Assembly (NCBI GenBank): GCA_045588085.1 | Contig: JAZNDN010000081.1 | Coordinates: 1,542-65,541, forward strand | Direction: 5' to 3' | DNA: 64,000 nt | DNA from: Eubacteriales bacterium | GTDB lineage: Bacteria > Bacillota > Clostridia > Oscillospirales > CAG-272 | In this document: in pieces, positions 9,091 through 17,140 of the stretch | Position numbering within the stretch: the first letter of the stretch is position 1 | Layout of the letters: each line of letters opens with the position of its first letter | The notes under the pieces: generated by a model | Seen by the model: only the letters and a program-made list of their open reading frames with translations | Told to the model about the DNA's origin: nothing | The model's database searches: none | Made by a program: the position numbers and the translations under genes

Positions 9091-9119
9091 ATTATAGCAC
9101 CTCTTTTTCCAAATGTCAA
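9091..9119 (-). promoter_or_regulatory. Consensus sigma-A promoter driving the T-box leader
   Basis: The minus strand reads TTGACA (9119..9114), 17 nt, then TATAAT (9096..9091). It lies about 25 nt upstream of Stem I. Confidence 0.7.
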
Positions 9120-9224
9120 ATACTTTTTGTCAAAAAACCGCACAAAATTTCAAATAACACACATTTAAAGTTCGTGTATTCTATTAAATTACCGCCAAAA
9201 AACAAATATTTTTGACCTCTGCTA

Positions 9225-9253
9225 TTGACAAAATGCGGATTTAATGCTTAAAT
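9225..9253 (+). promoter_or_regulatory. Sigma-A type promoter for the LeuA-like operon
   Basis: TTGACA (9225..9230), 17 nt, then TTAAAT (9248..9253). The RBS AAAGGAG lies before ATG 9336. Confidence 0.5.
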
Positions 9254-9335
9254 ATATGTTATCTCTTGGAATTTGCACAAAAAGAATTCAGCAAACAGGT
9301 CCGAGCGATTTTTCTGAAAAGGAGACTCACAAGTT

Positions 9336-10739
9336 ATGAGACAAATTACAATCAGTGACGCAACAATGAAACAGTCCTCAGAGGAGCTTCGCCTTAGCTT
9401 TAAGGAGAAGATTGAGCTCTCTAAGCTCCTAGACAAGCTCGGAGTGGATATCATTGAGCTGGAGGGTATAAAAAATCCTCGCATTGATGCCTTGCAGATA
9501 AAGTCAATAGTCGCAGCAGTCAGCGACAGTCGCATAGCTGTTCCCGTCGAGCTGCTCAACAATGAAAATATCGAAAAAACCTGGGCTGCGCTGAAAAACG
9601 CAAAAAATCCAAGGCTTCAGGTTTGCGCGGCTACAAGCCCCGTGCAAATAGAATATCTCTTCCATAAAAAACCCGAGGCCATGCTTGAAGCTATAAGCAG
9701 CACCGTTGCAGCCTGCCGCGCGCTCTGCTCTGACGTAGAGTTCGTCGCGTACGATGCAACCCGCAGTGAATCCTCTTTCCTTGCCGATGCTATAAACGCG
9801 GCAATTTCAGCAGGTGCGGCAACGGTAACGCTTTGCGACACCGCAGGCACTATGCTTCCCTCCGAGTTCGCGGAATTTATCCGCGCTCAGTACGAGGCAG
9901 TTCCCAAGCTTCGCGACCTTACGCTCGGAGTTTGCTGCTCTGACACCATAGCTATGGCTGACGCTTGCGCAGTTATGGCAGCCGCAGAGGGAGCTGCACA
10001 TATACGTACGGCGGCATATTCACTCAGCGAAGCCTCACTTTCCAACGTAGTTCGTATTCTCTGTGCAAAGTCAGACTCGTTAAACGCTTCCGTCGGAGTA
10101 AGAGCGACTCAGCTCAGCCGTATAATTTCTCAGATAGAGCGTCTTTGCCAGACCGGCAAGAGCAAGAGCAATGCTTTGGAATCGGAGGATGACGGAACAT
10201 TCCTCACCGTTCACGATACGAAGGAAGCAGTTGCGGCAGCAACCGCCAAGCTCGGATACGACCTCTCGGACGAGGATGCCGAAAAGGTATACGCCTCATT
10301 CAAGCAGATTGCAGACAAAAAGGAAAAGGTATCCTTCAGAGAGCTTGATGCCATAGTCGCATCCTCTGCCATGCAGGTTCCCTCAACCTATAAGCTCGAT
10401 ACTTACGTCATCACCTCCGGAAACACAATTTCCGCAACCGCACATATAAAGCTTGAAAAGAACGGCCACCACGTTGAAGGCGTTTACATCGGCGACGGCT
10501 CAATAGACGCAGCGTTTCAGGCTATTGAAAAAATCACCGGCTGCCACTATGAGCTTGACGATTTCCAGCTCCAAGCAGTTACCGAAGGACGCGAGGCTAT
10601 GGGACAGACGATAGTTAAGCTTCGCTCGGGAGGAAAGGTTTATTCGGGAAGAGGCATCTCAACCGATATCGTTGGCGCGGGTATTCAGGCATACCTGTCC
10701 GCTCTTAACAAAATCATATACGAGGAGGAAGTAGAATGA
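9336..10739 (+). CDS. 2-isopropylmalate synthase-like protein (HMGL-like barrel + LeuA dimerisation/regulatory domain) with degenerate catalytic motifs
   Basis: 467 aa. The N-terminus ITISDATMKQSS..LSFKEKIELSKLLDKLGVDIIELEG parallels the LeuA region DTTLRDGEQ..LS.EEK. The C-terminus GDGSIDAAFQAIEKI...GRGISTDIVGAGIQAYLSALNKI matches the LeuA regulatory domain. The HxH metal motif is replaced by CCS. Confidence 0.75.
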   Translation: MRQITISDATMKQSSEELRLSFKEKIELSKLLDKLGVDIIELEGIKNPRIDALQIKSIVAAVSDSRIAVPVELLNNENIEKTWAALKNAKNPRLQVCAATSPVQIEYLFHKKPEAMLEAISSTVAACRALCSDVEFVAYDATRSESSFLADAINAAISAGAATVTLCDTAGTMLPSEFAEFIRAQYEAVPKLRDLTLGVCCSDTIAMADACAVMAAAEGAAHIRTAAYSLSEASLSNVVRILCAKSDSLNASVGVRATQLSRIISQIERLCQTGKSKSNALESEDDGTFLTVHDTKEAVAAATAKLGYDLSDEDAEKVYASFKQIADKKEKVSFRELDAIVASSAMQVPSTYKLDTYVITSGNTISATAHIKLEKNGHHVEGVYIGDGSIDAAFQAIEKITGCHYELDDFQLQAVTEGREAMGQTIVKLRSGGKVYSGRGISTDIVGAGIQAYLSALNKIIYEEEVE

Positions 10740-13246
10740 AGCTCTCCTTTTCAACAAGAGGCTGGCCCTCTCTTTCCTTTGACGAAATGCTCGACGTTGC
10801 CTCCGATATGGGCTTCTCCGGCGTTGAGGTTTACAATTTGACCAAATTCGATCCGTTAATGGAAAAGGGCGGACCCTTCCACAAATATAACATAGCCGCT
10901 ACCGTCCGCAAGCTGCGTGACAGGGCTATATCTATCCCTTGTTTTGACACGTCCATAGACCTTTCTTCCGACAAGAACGCTGTGGCATCTGTTATAAGCC
11001 TTATTGAAACAGCACACGGGGCAAGGGTTCCGTACGTTGCGGTTTGCGCTTTATCGGATGACGAGAAGACGGTGGGCGCGGCTCTGACAGAGCTTTTGCC
11101 GATTGCCACGGAGAAAAACGTCTGTATACTTATAAAAACCAGCGGCATTTATTCCAATACGGCAAGGCTGCGCGAAATGCTTGACAGATTTGCCAGCGAT
11201 AATCTTGCTGCTCTTTGGGACGTACACCATCCTTACAGAGATAACGCCGAGTCGGGTGACGACACTATAAAGAATTTGGGCTCGTATGTTTGTCACGTTC
11301 ACATGCGCGACTCCGACGACGAGGGTACCTATCAGCTTATCGGTGAGGGAACAATGCCGATAGACGACGTTATGCGCGCGCTTTCCTCGGTTAATTACGA
11401 TGCCTTCATCTCTCTTGAATGGAAGCCCGAATGGATGACCGACCTTCAAGACCCGGAGGTTATTTTCCCGTATTTTGTAAACTATATGTCACGTTTTCAC
11501 TCTACGAGAGATATGCAGAAGAGCCTTTACTTCAACCATGACGGCACCGGTCAGTACGTCTGGAAGAAGGATGAACTTATAGATTTGACCTTCTCGGAGG
11601 TTCTTGACAGAGTGGCTGACGAGTTCCCCGACCAGTATTGCTTCAAGTACACCACGCTGGACTACACGCGTACATATTCTCAGTTCCGTGAGGACGTAGA
11701 CCGTTTTGCCAGAGCCCTTGTTTCACTGGGCGTCAAGGCAGGCTCAAAGGTCGCAGTCTGGGCAACTAACCTACCCGCGTGGTATATAACGTTCTGGGCA
11801 ACGACCAAGCTTGGCGCGGTTCTCGTTACGGTAAATACCGCATACAAAATACACGAGGCAGAGTATCTGCTTCGCCAGTCGGACACTCACACACTCGTTA
11901 TGATTGAGAGCTGTCTTGACTCGAATTACAAGGAAATAATTAACACGCTCTGCCCCGAACTCAAGAAAACAGTACCCGGAGAGCCTCTGCACTCAAAGAG
12001 GCTTCCGTTCCTGCGTAACGTTATCACGGTTGGATTCAAGCAGGAGGGCTGCCTTACGTTCGACGAGGCAATGGCGCGTTACAGTCTTGTCAGCCGCGAG
12101 CAGATTGCCAGAATGGCGGCAGCGGTCAAGCCGAGCGACGTATGCAATATGCAGTACACCTCCGGCACGACGGGATTCCCCAAGGGTGTTATGCTCACCC
12201 ACTATAACGTAGTGAACAACGGAAAGTGTATCGGCGACCGCATGGGACTTTCCACCGCGGACAGAATGATGATACAGGTGCCTATGTTCCATTGCTTTGG
12301 AATGACGCTTTCCATGACGTCGTCAATGACGCACGGCGCCACAATGTGCCCGATGCCGTATTTCTCTGCGAAATCCTCGCTTGCTTGCATAAACCAAGAA
12401 AAAATCACCTGTTTTAACGGTGTTCCCACCATGTTTATTGCAATGTTCAACCACCCGAACTACCGCAGCACCGATTTTTCGCACATGAGAACCGGTATTA
12501 TGGCGGGTGCGGGTTGCCCCCCCGAGCTTATGAAGCGTGCCGCAGACCCCGCAGAGATGAATATGACGGGTATTGTAAGCGTTTACGGACAGACCGAGTG
12601 TGCCCCCGGTAACACCATGAGCTCCTGGACGGATTCTCTTGAGGTCCGCACCGAAACAGTGGGCTGCGCATTCCCTCACGTTATGTGTAAAATAGTAAAT
12701 CCCGAAACCGGTGAAGAGGTTGGCCCGGGTATCAACGGTGAATTTTGCGCCAAGGGCTACAACACCATGAAGGGCTACTACAAGATGCCCGATGCAACGA
12801 AGGGCACTATCGACGAGGAGGGCTGGCTTCATTCAGGAGACCTTGCCTGCCGTGACGAAAACGGAAACTACAAAATCACAGGACGTCTGAAGGATATGAT
12901 TATCCGCGGCGGTGAGAACATTTACCCCAAGGAAATTGAGGAATTTATATACACGCACCCGATGACCAAGGACGTGCAGGTCATAGGAGTACCCGACAAG
13001 AAGTACGGCGAAGAGATTATGGCGTGTATCATTCTCAAAGAGCCCGGAAGCATAACGGTGGAAGAAATGACGGCTTATATCAAAGCCAGCATGGCGCGCC
13101 ACAAGGTCCCCAAGTACATTGAGTTCGTCGACAGCTTCCCTATGAATGCAGCAGGAAAAGTTCTCAAATACAAAATGCGCCAGGATGCAGCGCAGCGTCT
13201 GGGACTCGTCGGCGATGGCTCAGATACGGCTTCTCCCGGAAAATAA
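10736..13246 (+). CDS. Fusion protein: xylose-isomerase-like TIM barrel (sugar phosphate isomerase/epimerase family, about aa 1-260) fused to an AMP-dependent acyl-CoA ligase (about aa 290-836)
   Basis: The TIM-barrel part reads GFSGVEVYN, HVHMRDSD and YDAFISLEWKPEW. The ligase motifs are YTSGTTGFPKGV, GWLHSGD and AGKVLKYKMR. The start overlaps the upstream stop (ATGA). Confidence 0.8.
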   Translation: MKLSFSTRGWPSLSFDEMLDVASDMGFSGVEVYNLTKFDPLMEKGGPFHKYNIAATVRKLRDRAISIPCFDTSIDLSSDKNAVASVISLIETAHGARVPYVAVCALSDDEKTVGAALTELLPIATEKNVCILIKTSGIYSNTARLREMLDRFASDNLAALWDVHHPYRDNAESGDDTIKNLGSYVCHVHMRDSDDEGTYQLIGEGTMPIDDVMRALSSVNYDAFISLEWKPEWMTDLQDPEVIFPYFVNYMSRFHSTRDMQKSLYFNHDGTGQYVWKKDELIDLTFSEVLDRVADEFPDQYCFKYTTLDYTRTYSQFREDVDRFARALVSLGVKAGSKVAVWATNLPAWYITFWATTKLGAVLVTVNTAYKIHEAEYLLRQSDTHTLVMIESCLDSNYKEIINTLCPELKKTVPGEPLHSKRLPFLRNVITVGFKQEGCLTFDEAMARYSLVSREQIARMAAAVKPSDVCNMQYTSGTTGFPKGVMLTHYNVVNNGKCIGDRMGLSTADRMMIQVPMFHCFGMTLSMTSSMTHGATMCPMPYFSAKSSLACINQEKITCFNGVPTMFIAMFNHPNYRSTDFSHMRTGIMAGAGCPPELMKRAADPAEMNMTGIVSVYGQTECAPGNTMSSWTDSLEVRTETVGCAFPHVMCKIVNPETGEEVGPGINGEFCAKGYNTMKGYYKMPDATKGTIDEEGWLHSGDLACRDENGNYKITGRLKDMIIRGGENIYPKEIEEFIYTHPMTKDVQVIGVPDKKYGEEIMACIILKEPGSITVEEMTAYIKASMARHKVPKYIEFVDSFPMNAAGKVLKYKMRQDAAQRLGLVGDGSDTASPGK

Positions 13247-13397
13247 ACAGCTCAGATGCGCAGTTTCTTTAAATGCCTTATACAAAGCCAAGGGACTGTC
13301 AGATTTAGGCATTACCGAATATTTTGTGCATGTTTTTATCATAATATGTAATATATGTAGATATTTGTTTACATTTCAATCAACTCTGCGATTTTTG

Positions 13398-13445
13398 ACA
13401 AAAAACATTCCCCGACCTTGTGCGTAGCGGCATGCAAGGTCGGGG
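13398..13445. terminator. Bidirectional intrinsic terminator
   Basis: The stem is CCCCGACCTTG / CAAGGTCGGGG (13410..13445). It is flanked by an A-run on one side and a T-rich run on the other. The U-tract is stronger on the minus strand, downstream of the DUF3021 gene. Confidence 0.65.
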
Positions 13446-13453
13446 TTCTTTGC

Positions 13454-13897
13454 TTAATATTGCATTTTCATATTCATTCGCCTGGTGGATATCTTTATAG
13501 CAAAATAAACGGAACACCATATTGCAAGATAAACACCAAGGAATACAAGTGTAAATATCAAAATTACCAAAGGTTCAAAGGGTATCCATGAATTTAACGT
13601 ATAACACAGCACGTACGCCACGTAAAGCGTTGAAAAATGGCACAGCAAGGATTTCGCTAACGGCCAATGCTCAATTTGGTTAAATATAGAAGCGCCTGCC
13701 TGAACAAAGGCAAGAAGATACGTTGACAAAATGGCAACGAAGACATCCGTGCCGCTAAATCTGACGCCGCCGTCGAGGACGTTATCCAAAATTATGAATA
13801 CAATTCCGCATATTATAGGACCGAATCCGGCAAAAATCGCACCTCTGTGCAAAAAGGTTTTTATATAATATTTTTTCGTATACTCTATATCATCCAT
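13454..13897 (-). CDS. Multi-pass membrane protein (DUF3021-like), partner of the LytTR regulator
   Basis: 147 aa with four hydrophobic segments and an FNQIEHWPL motif. It lies 17 nt downstream of the LytTR gene. Confidence 0.6.
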   Translation of the reverse strand: MDDIEYTKKYYIKTFLHRGAIFAGFGPIICGIVFIILDNVLDGGVRFSGTDVFVAILSTYLLAFVQAGASIFNQIEHWPLAKSLLCHFSTLYVAYVLCYTLNSWIPFEPLVILIFTLVFLGVYLAIWCSVYFAIKISTRRMNMKMQY

Positions 13898-13914
13898 TTA
13901 TATTCACCTCCGTA

Positions 13915-14361
13915 TCACAATCCGAGCGCCTTTTTAACCGTCTTAAGCTGACGGCGGGAAACGTAGTCAACGTACCCCGAAGCGAAGCTTATCGTCATTG
14001 CCGCTCCGAACGAAGCACCAAAACGCTTAATTTTCTTTATATTGGCAAGAGAAGACTGATTTATCTTGACAAATCCCGCAAGCTCCATTTGCTCTATCTC
14101 GTACAGGCGTTTTTTTATCCTATACTTTCCGCTGTCGCAGATGGCGAAAAGACGTCTGTTTTCAATTACGAAAACATTTATCTCGTTTATATCAAGACGT
14201 ATCGACTGCTCACCGTCATATCCGATGATTTCATCGTTTCCCGAATCCTCAGCAAGCTTTATTATTTCTCGTATTTTATCGGTTTGCTCTCTGGCGTAAA
14301 TCTTGATTTCTTCTTCTTTTACGTCATTGCTTATATACAAGCTGCATTTCATGCGCCTCAC
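13915..14361 (-). CDS. Stand-alone LytTR-domain DNA-binding regulator (no receiver domain)
   Basis: 148 aa. The C-terminal FVKINQSSLANIKKIKRF......ISFASGYVDYVSRRQLKTVKKALG is typical of LytTR domains. Confidence 0.75.
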   Translation of the reverse strand: MRRMKCSLYISNDVKEEEIKIYAREQTDKIREIIKLAEDSGNDEIIGYDGEQSIRLDINEINVFVIENRRLFAICDSGKYRIKKRLYEIEQMELAGFVKINQSSLANIKKIKRFGASFGAAMTISFASGYVDYVSRRQLKTVKKALGL

Positions 14362-14422
14362 CTCTTTGAGTATCTACGTACATTTTACCATATATATTAT
14401 ACTGTGTCATTATATATCTGTC

Positions 14423-14450
14423 ATTCGGCTGATTTTCCGTTCTATTCGGC
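14423..14450 (-). promoter_or_regulatory. Candidate LytTR operator: direct repeat with 21-bp phasing
   Basis: ATTCGGC occurs at 14423..14429 and 14444..14450. On the minus strand this reads GCCGAATAG-N12-GCCGAATGA. It lies just upstream of a TATAAT and 60-90 nt upstream of the LytTR start. Confidence 0.35.
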
Positions 14451-14543
14451 ATATAGACCGCACCGCAATTCAATTAGCTCACGCACTTTATTTTTATATA
14501 GATGAAAGCAGTCCCGCTTTTGATACCTGACACAGCCTGTATT

Positions 14544-14593
14544 AAATAAATGAACGAGGACACAGATTACAAGTTATCCTCGTTCATTTATTA
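14544..14593. terminator. Bidirectional stem-loop terminator between the lipoprotein operon and the LytTR operon
   Basis: A stem of about 16 bp, AAATAAATGAACGAGGA / TCCTCGTTCATTTATT, is followed by T-rich sequence on both strands. Confidence 0.6.
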
Positions 14594-14606
14594 TCTTATT
14601 TGAAAA

Positions 14607-15236
14607 TCAGTCAAACTCAAAGGTTGCCTTAACTGCACTTGCACCGGAGGTGTAATTAAGTTCCATGCTTTCAACAGTCTTGCTGTTTCTTACAACCTTG
14701 ATGCTAACTGCATATCCGAGATTTGCACCGAAGACATCCTTTGTACCGTCTGCCGCTACGGTAGCGGTAAGAGTATTGCCGTCCTTGCTTACGGTGTATC
14801 CCTTCGCAAGCTTTTCCAAATCTACCTTAAGAGCACCGAGAACAGCATCGTCATCGAACGACTCGTCACTGAAGTTTCCGTCCTCATCCATAGTAACGGT
14901 CTTGGTGTACTCGGTTTTTGCCTCATCGGGAATGCTGTCCAAGGACACCTCGTTCCACTCTTCGTAAGTATAGTTGATGATTGCGCTTCCGTCAGCCTTA
15001 TAGGTTATGGTGTAGGTGGCTTCAAGGGTTCCGAGGCCCTCTGTTGTAGTTTCGGTTTTTATTACAACCTTTGCAGGCTCGGTTGCAGCCAGCGATTCCT
15101 GAAATTCCTTTGCAGTAACGGCAGGAGTGGTATCATTACTACCGTCTCCCTGGCCATCGTCGGTATTGTTGTCATTACATGCAAACATCATGCAAAGGCA
15201 CGCCAGAATAAGAACGACAGAAAGTATTTTTTTCAT
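14607..15236 (-). CDS. Lipoprotein, unknown function (paralog 3 of 3)
   Basis: 209 aa. The signal peptide MKKILSVVLILACLCMMFAC precedes a D/N/G-rich linker. The RBS is GGAAGGA. Confidence 0.7.
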   Translation of the reverse strand: MKKILSVVLILACLCMMFACNDNNTDDGQGDGSNDTTPAVTAKEFQESLAATEPAKVVIKTETTTEGLGTLEATYTITYKADGSAIINYTYEEWNEVSLDSIPDEAKTEYTKTVTMDEDGNFSDESFDDDAVLGALKVDLEKLAKGYTVSKDGNTLTATVAADGTKDVFGANLGYAVSIKVVRNSKTVESMELNYTSGASAVKATFEFD

Positions 15237-15328
15237 AATTTATCCTTCCAATCCGACTCAGCCGCAAGCGATATAGCAACCGGCTGAATCCTAAGATATA
15301 TTCAATTTTTACCGGAACAACCCGGTGA

Positions 15329-16102
15329 TTATCCAAGATTGATTTTCTGATGGTTGTACTGATACTTAGCGTCAATAACAACCTTAGTCTCCTGCACCTC
15401 TATCTTAGCGTCGGAGTCATCAACGGAAATCTCATGCTTAGGAACAGTATACGCGAGCTTAATACCGGTAATACGTCCACCTGCGGTAACTACGGTTACC
15501 TCAATGTCCGAATCAATAGTCTGTCCTTCTTCAAGATATGCACCGATAACGCTGGTTGCATGCTCTTTCTTAATTTTGAGAAGAAGGCTTTCGTATACCT
15601 CATCGTATACAGCCTCATATACCATTTCCGCGGAAAGATTAAGTCTTATAAATCCTTCCTTGGGTGCAAAATCATCGGCTTCGGCATCCCAGGTTGCGCC
15701 CTTGTCATCGGTAACGCCCTTGCCCTCTACATACCACTTGGATTCGGTCTGAGGTGCTGTCATGTTAAGCGTGTTACCTACCTCACGAAGAGAGGAATAA
15801 GAGCCGTTGTATACAGAAACAGCCTTGCCTTCTATCGTTCCGGTAACAAGACTTGCCGTGCTCTCAAGAACAACGTTTCCACCTATGGTCTGTGTGGTGG
15901 TTGTATCGGATCTTGTGGGAATACTGTCATCGAACATTTCAAGAACAGCCTTCATCTGCTCACCTGCAGCACCATCGAGCACAGAATTGTCACCGCTGCC
16001 ATCACCGTTACCGCTTCCGTCGCCGTCAGTGTTGTTATCATTACAGGATACAACAGCAAACAAACAACACAGCGCAAGAAGCAATGCTATAATTTTTTTC
16101 AT
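15329..16102 (-). CDS. Lipoprotein, unknown function (paralog 2 of 3)
   Basis: 257 aa. The signal peptide and lipobox read MKKIIALLLALCCLFAVVSC, followed by an NDNNTDGDGSGNGDGSGD linker. Confidence 0.7.
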   Translation of the reverse strand: MKKIIALLLALCCLFAVVSCNDNNTDGDGSGNGDGSGDNSVLDGAAGEQMKAVLEMFDDSIPTRSDTTTTQTIGGNVVLESTASLVTGTIEGKAVSVYNGSYSSLREVGNTLNMTAPQTESKWYVEGKGVTDDKGATWDAEADDFAPKEGFIRLNLSAEMVYEAVYDEVYESLLLKIKKEHATSVIGAYLEEGQTIDSDIEVTVVTAGGRITGIKLAYTVPKHEISVDDSDAKIEVQETKVVIDAKYQYNHQKINLG

Positions 16103-16135
16103 ACGTATATTCCTTTCAAGCTTATATCACTGGGA

Positions 16136-16831
16136 TTATTCCTCACCGGGAACCTCAAGCTCCACGGAAGAATAGTCGTAGCTGGTATTGATAGTTACCA
16201 AGGCGCCGCTGCCGGCAGCCTTGTACGACACGTTGATGTAGTAAAGGTAACTGTAACCGTTGGTGATAATTTCAACGCTTATGTCACCGTCGGCATTAAT
16301 GGCAGTTCCCAGAACTCTTTCGGAATTTTCTGCTACTATGGTGCCTTCAAGCGTTTTGCCATCCTCACTAAGCTTGTAGGTCTTGAACTTATCTTCCTCA
16401 ATTCTTACGGTAAACGGGGAGGTAACGTATGTATCAACGTCAACCCACTCTTCTCCCTCGGTGGTATACACCTGTCCGTCTTTGTAATAAATCTTGCCTT
16501 CGACGGTCTTTATTCTTCCTTCGCTCATTTCCGGAACCGTAGCGAGACGCTGGTAATTATACTCTAAAACGGATATTGCACCGTCCGTCTTGGTTATGAA
16601 TTCACCCTCAAGCACGTCGTCACCGGTGTACGCGATATGAGTGGTAACGACAGTAGGATTCGACATAGCAATAATTTCAGGAATGGTTTTGGGTTCCTTA
16701 CCCGAGCCGCCGTCCTGAGAACCGCCCTGATCTCCCTGCTGATCACCGTTACCGTCGGTGTTTTCATCATCGCAGGAAACAACGGCAAACATGCATATTA
16801 ATGCAAGGAGCAAGCATATGATTTTTTTCAT
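16136..16831 (-). CDS. Lipoprotein, unknown function (paralog 1 of 3)
   Basis: 231 aa. The signal peptide and lipobox read MKKIICLLLALICMFAVVSC, followed by a DDENTDGNGDQQGDQGG linker. Confidence 0.7.
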   Translation of the reverse strand: MKKIICLLLALICMFAVVSCDDENTDGNGDQQGDQGGSQDGGSGKEPKTIPEIIAMSNPTVVTTHIAYTGDDVLEGEFITKTDGAISVLEYNYQRLATVPEMSEGRIKTVEGKIYYKDGQVYTTEGEEWVDVDTYVTSPFTVRIEEDKFKTYKLSEDGKTLEGTIVAENSERVLGTAINADGDISVEIITNGYSYLYYINVSYKAAGSGALVTINTSYDYSSVELEVPGEE

Positions 16832-16900
16832 AAAAATACCTAATTAACCTTTCGTTGCTTTTTACTCGCCAATGATAGCTATTTTTAGTTAACCATTATA

Positions 16901-16929
16901 ATTATACATTTTTATATTTGAAAAGTCAA
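16901..16929 (-). promoter_or_regulatory. Near-consensus sigma-A promoter for the lipoprotein operon
   Basis: The minus strand reads TTGACT (16929..16924), a 17-nt spacer ending in TG, then TATAAT (16906..16901). Confidence 0.6.
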
Positions 16930-17071
16930 TAGACGCTACGCTGTTTAATCGGTGCTCGGTTGACAAAATTATAGAGTTCTTTTTATTCAAAATAACCAAA
17001 AACTGCGTTTTGAAAGCAAATATTACAGCCCGAAGCCCCCTTTTTTTGACAGCGCTTGCTTGGCGAGCCGG

Positions 17072-17112
17072 CAAAAAAGCTTCGAAAACGCAAAAACGCC
17101 CCGAAGCTTTTT
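17072..17112 (-). terminator. Intrinsic terminator downstream of asd
   Basis: The stem is AGCTTCG / CGAAGCT (17078..17108), with A/T runs on both sides. Confidence 0.6.
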
Positions 17113-17140
17113 GTTAATATTCAACCGATAGCACCGTGTG

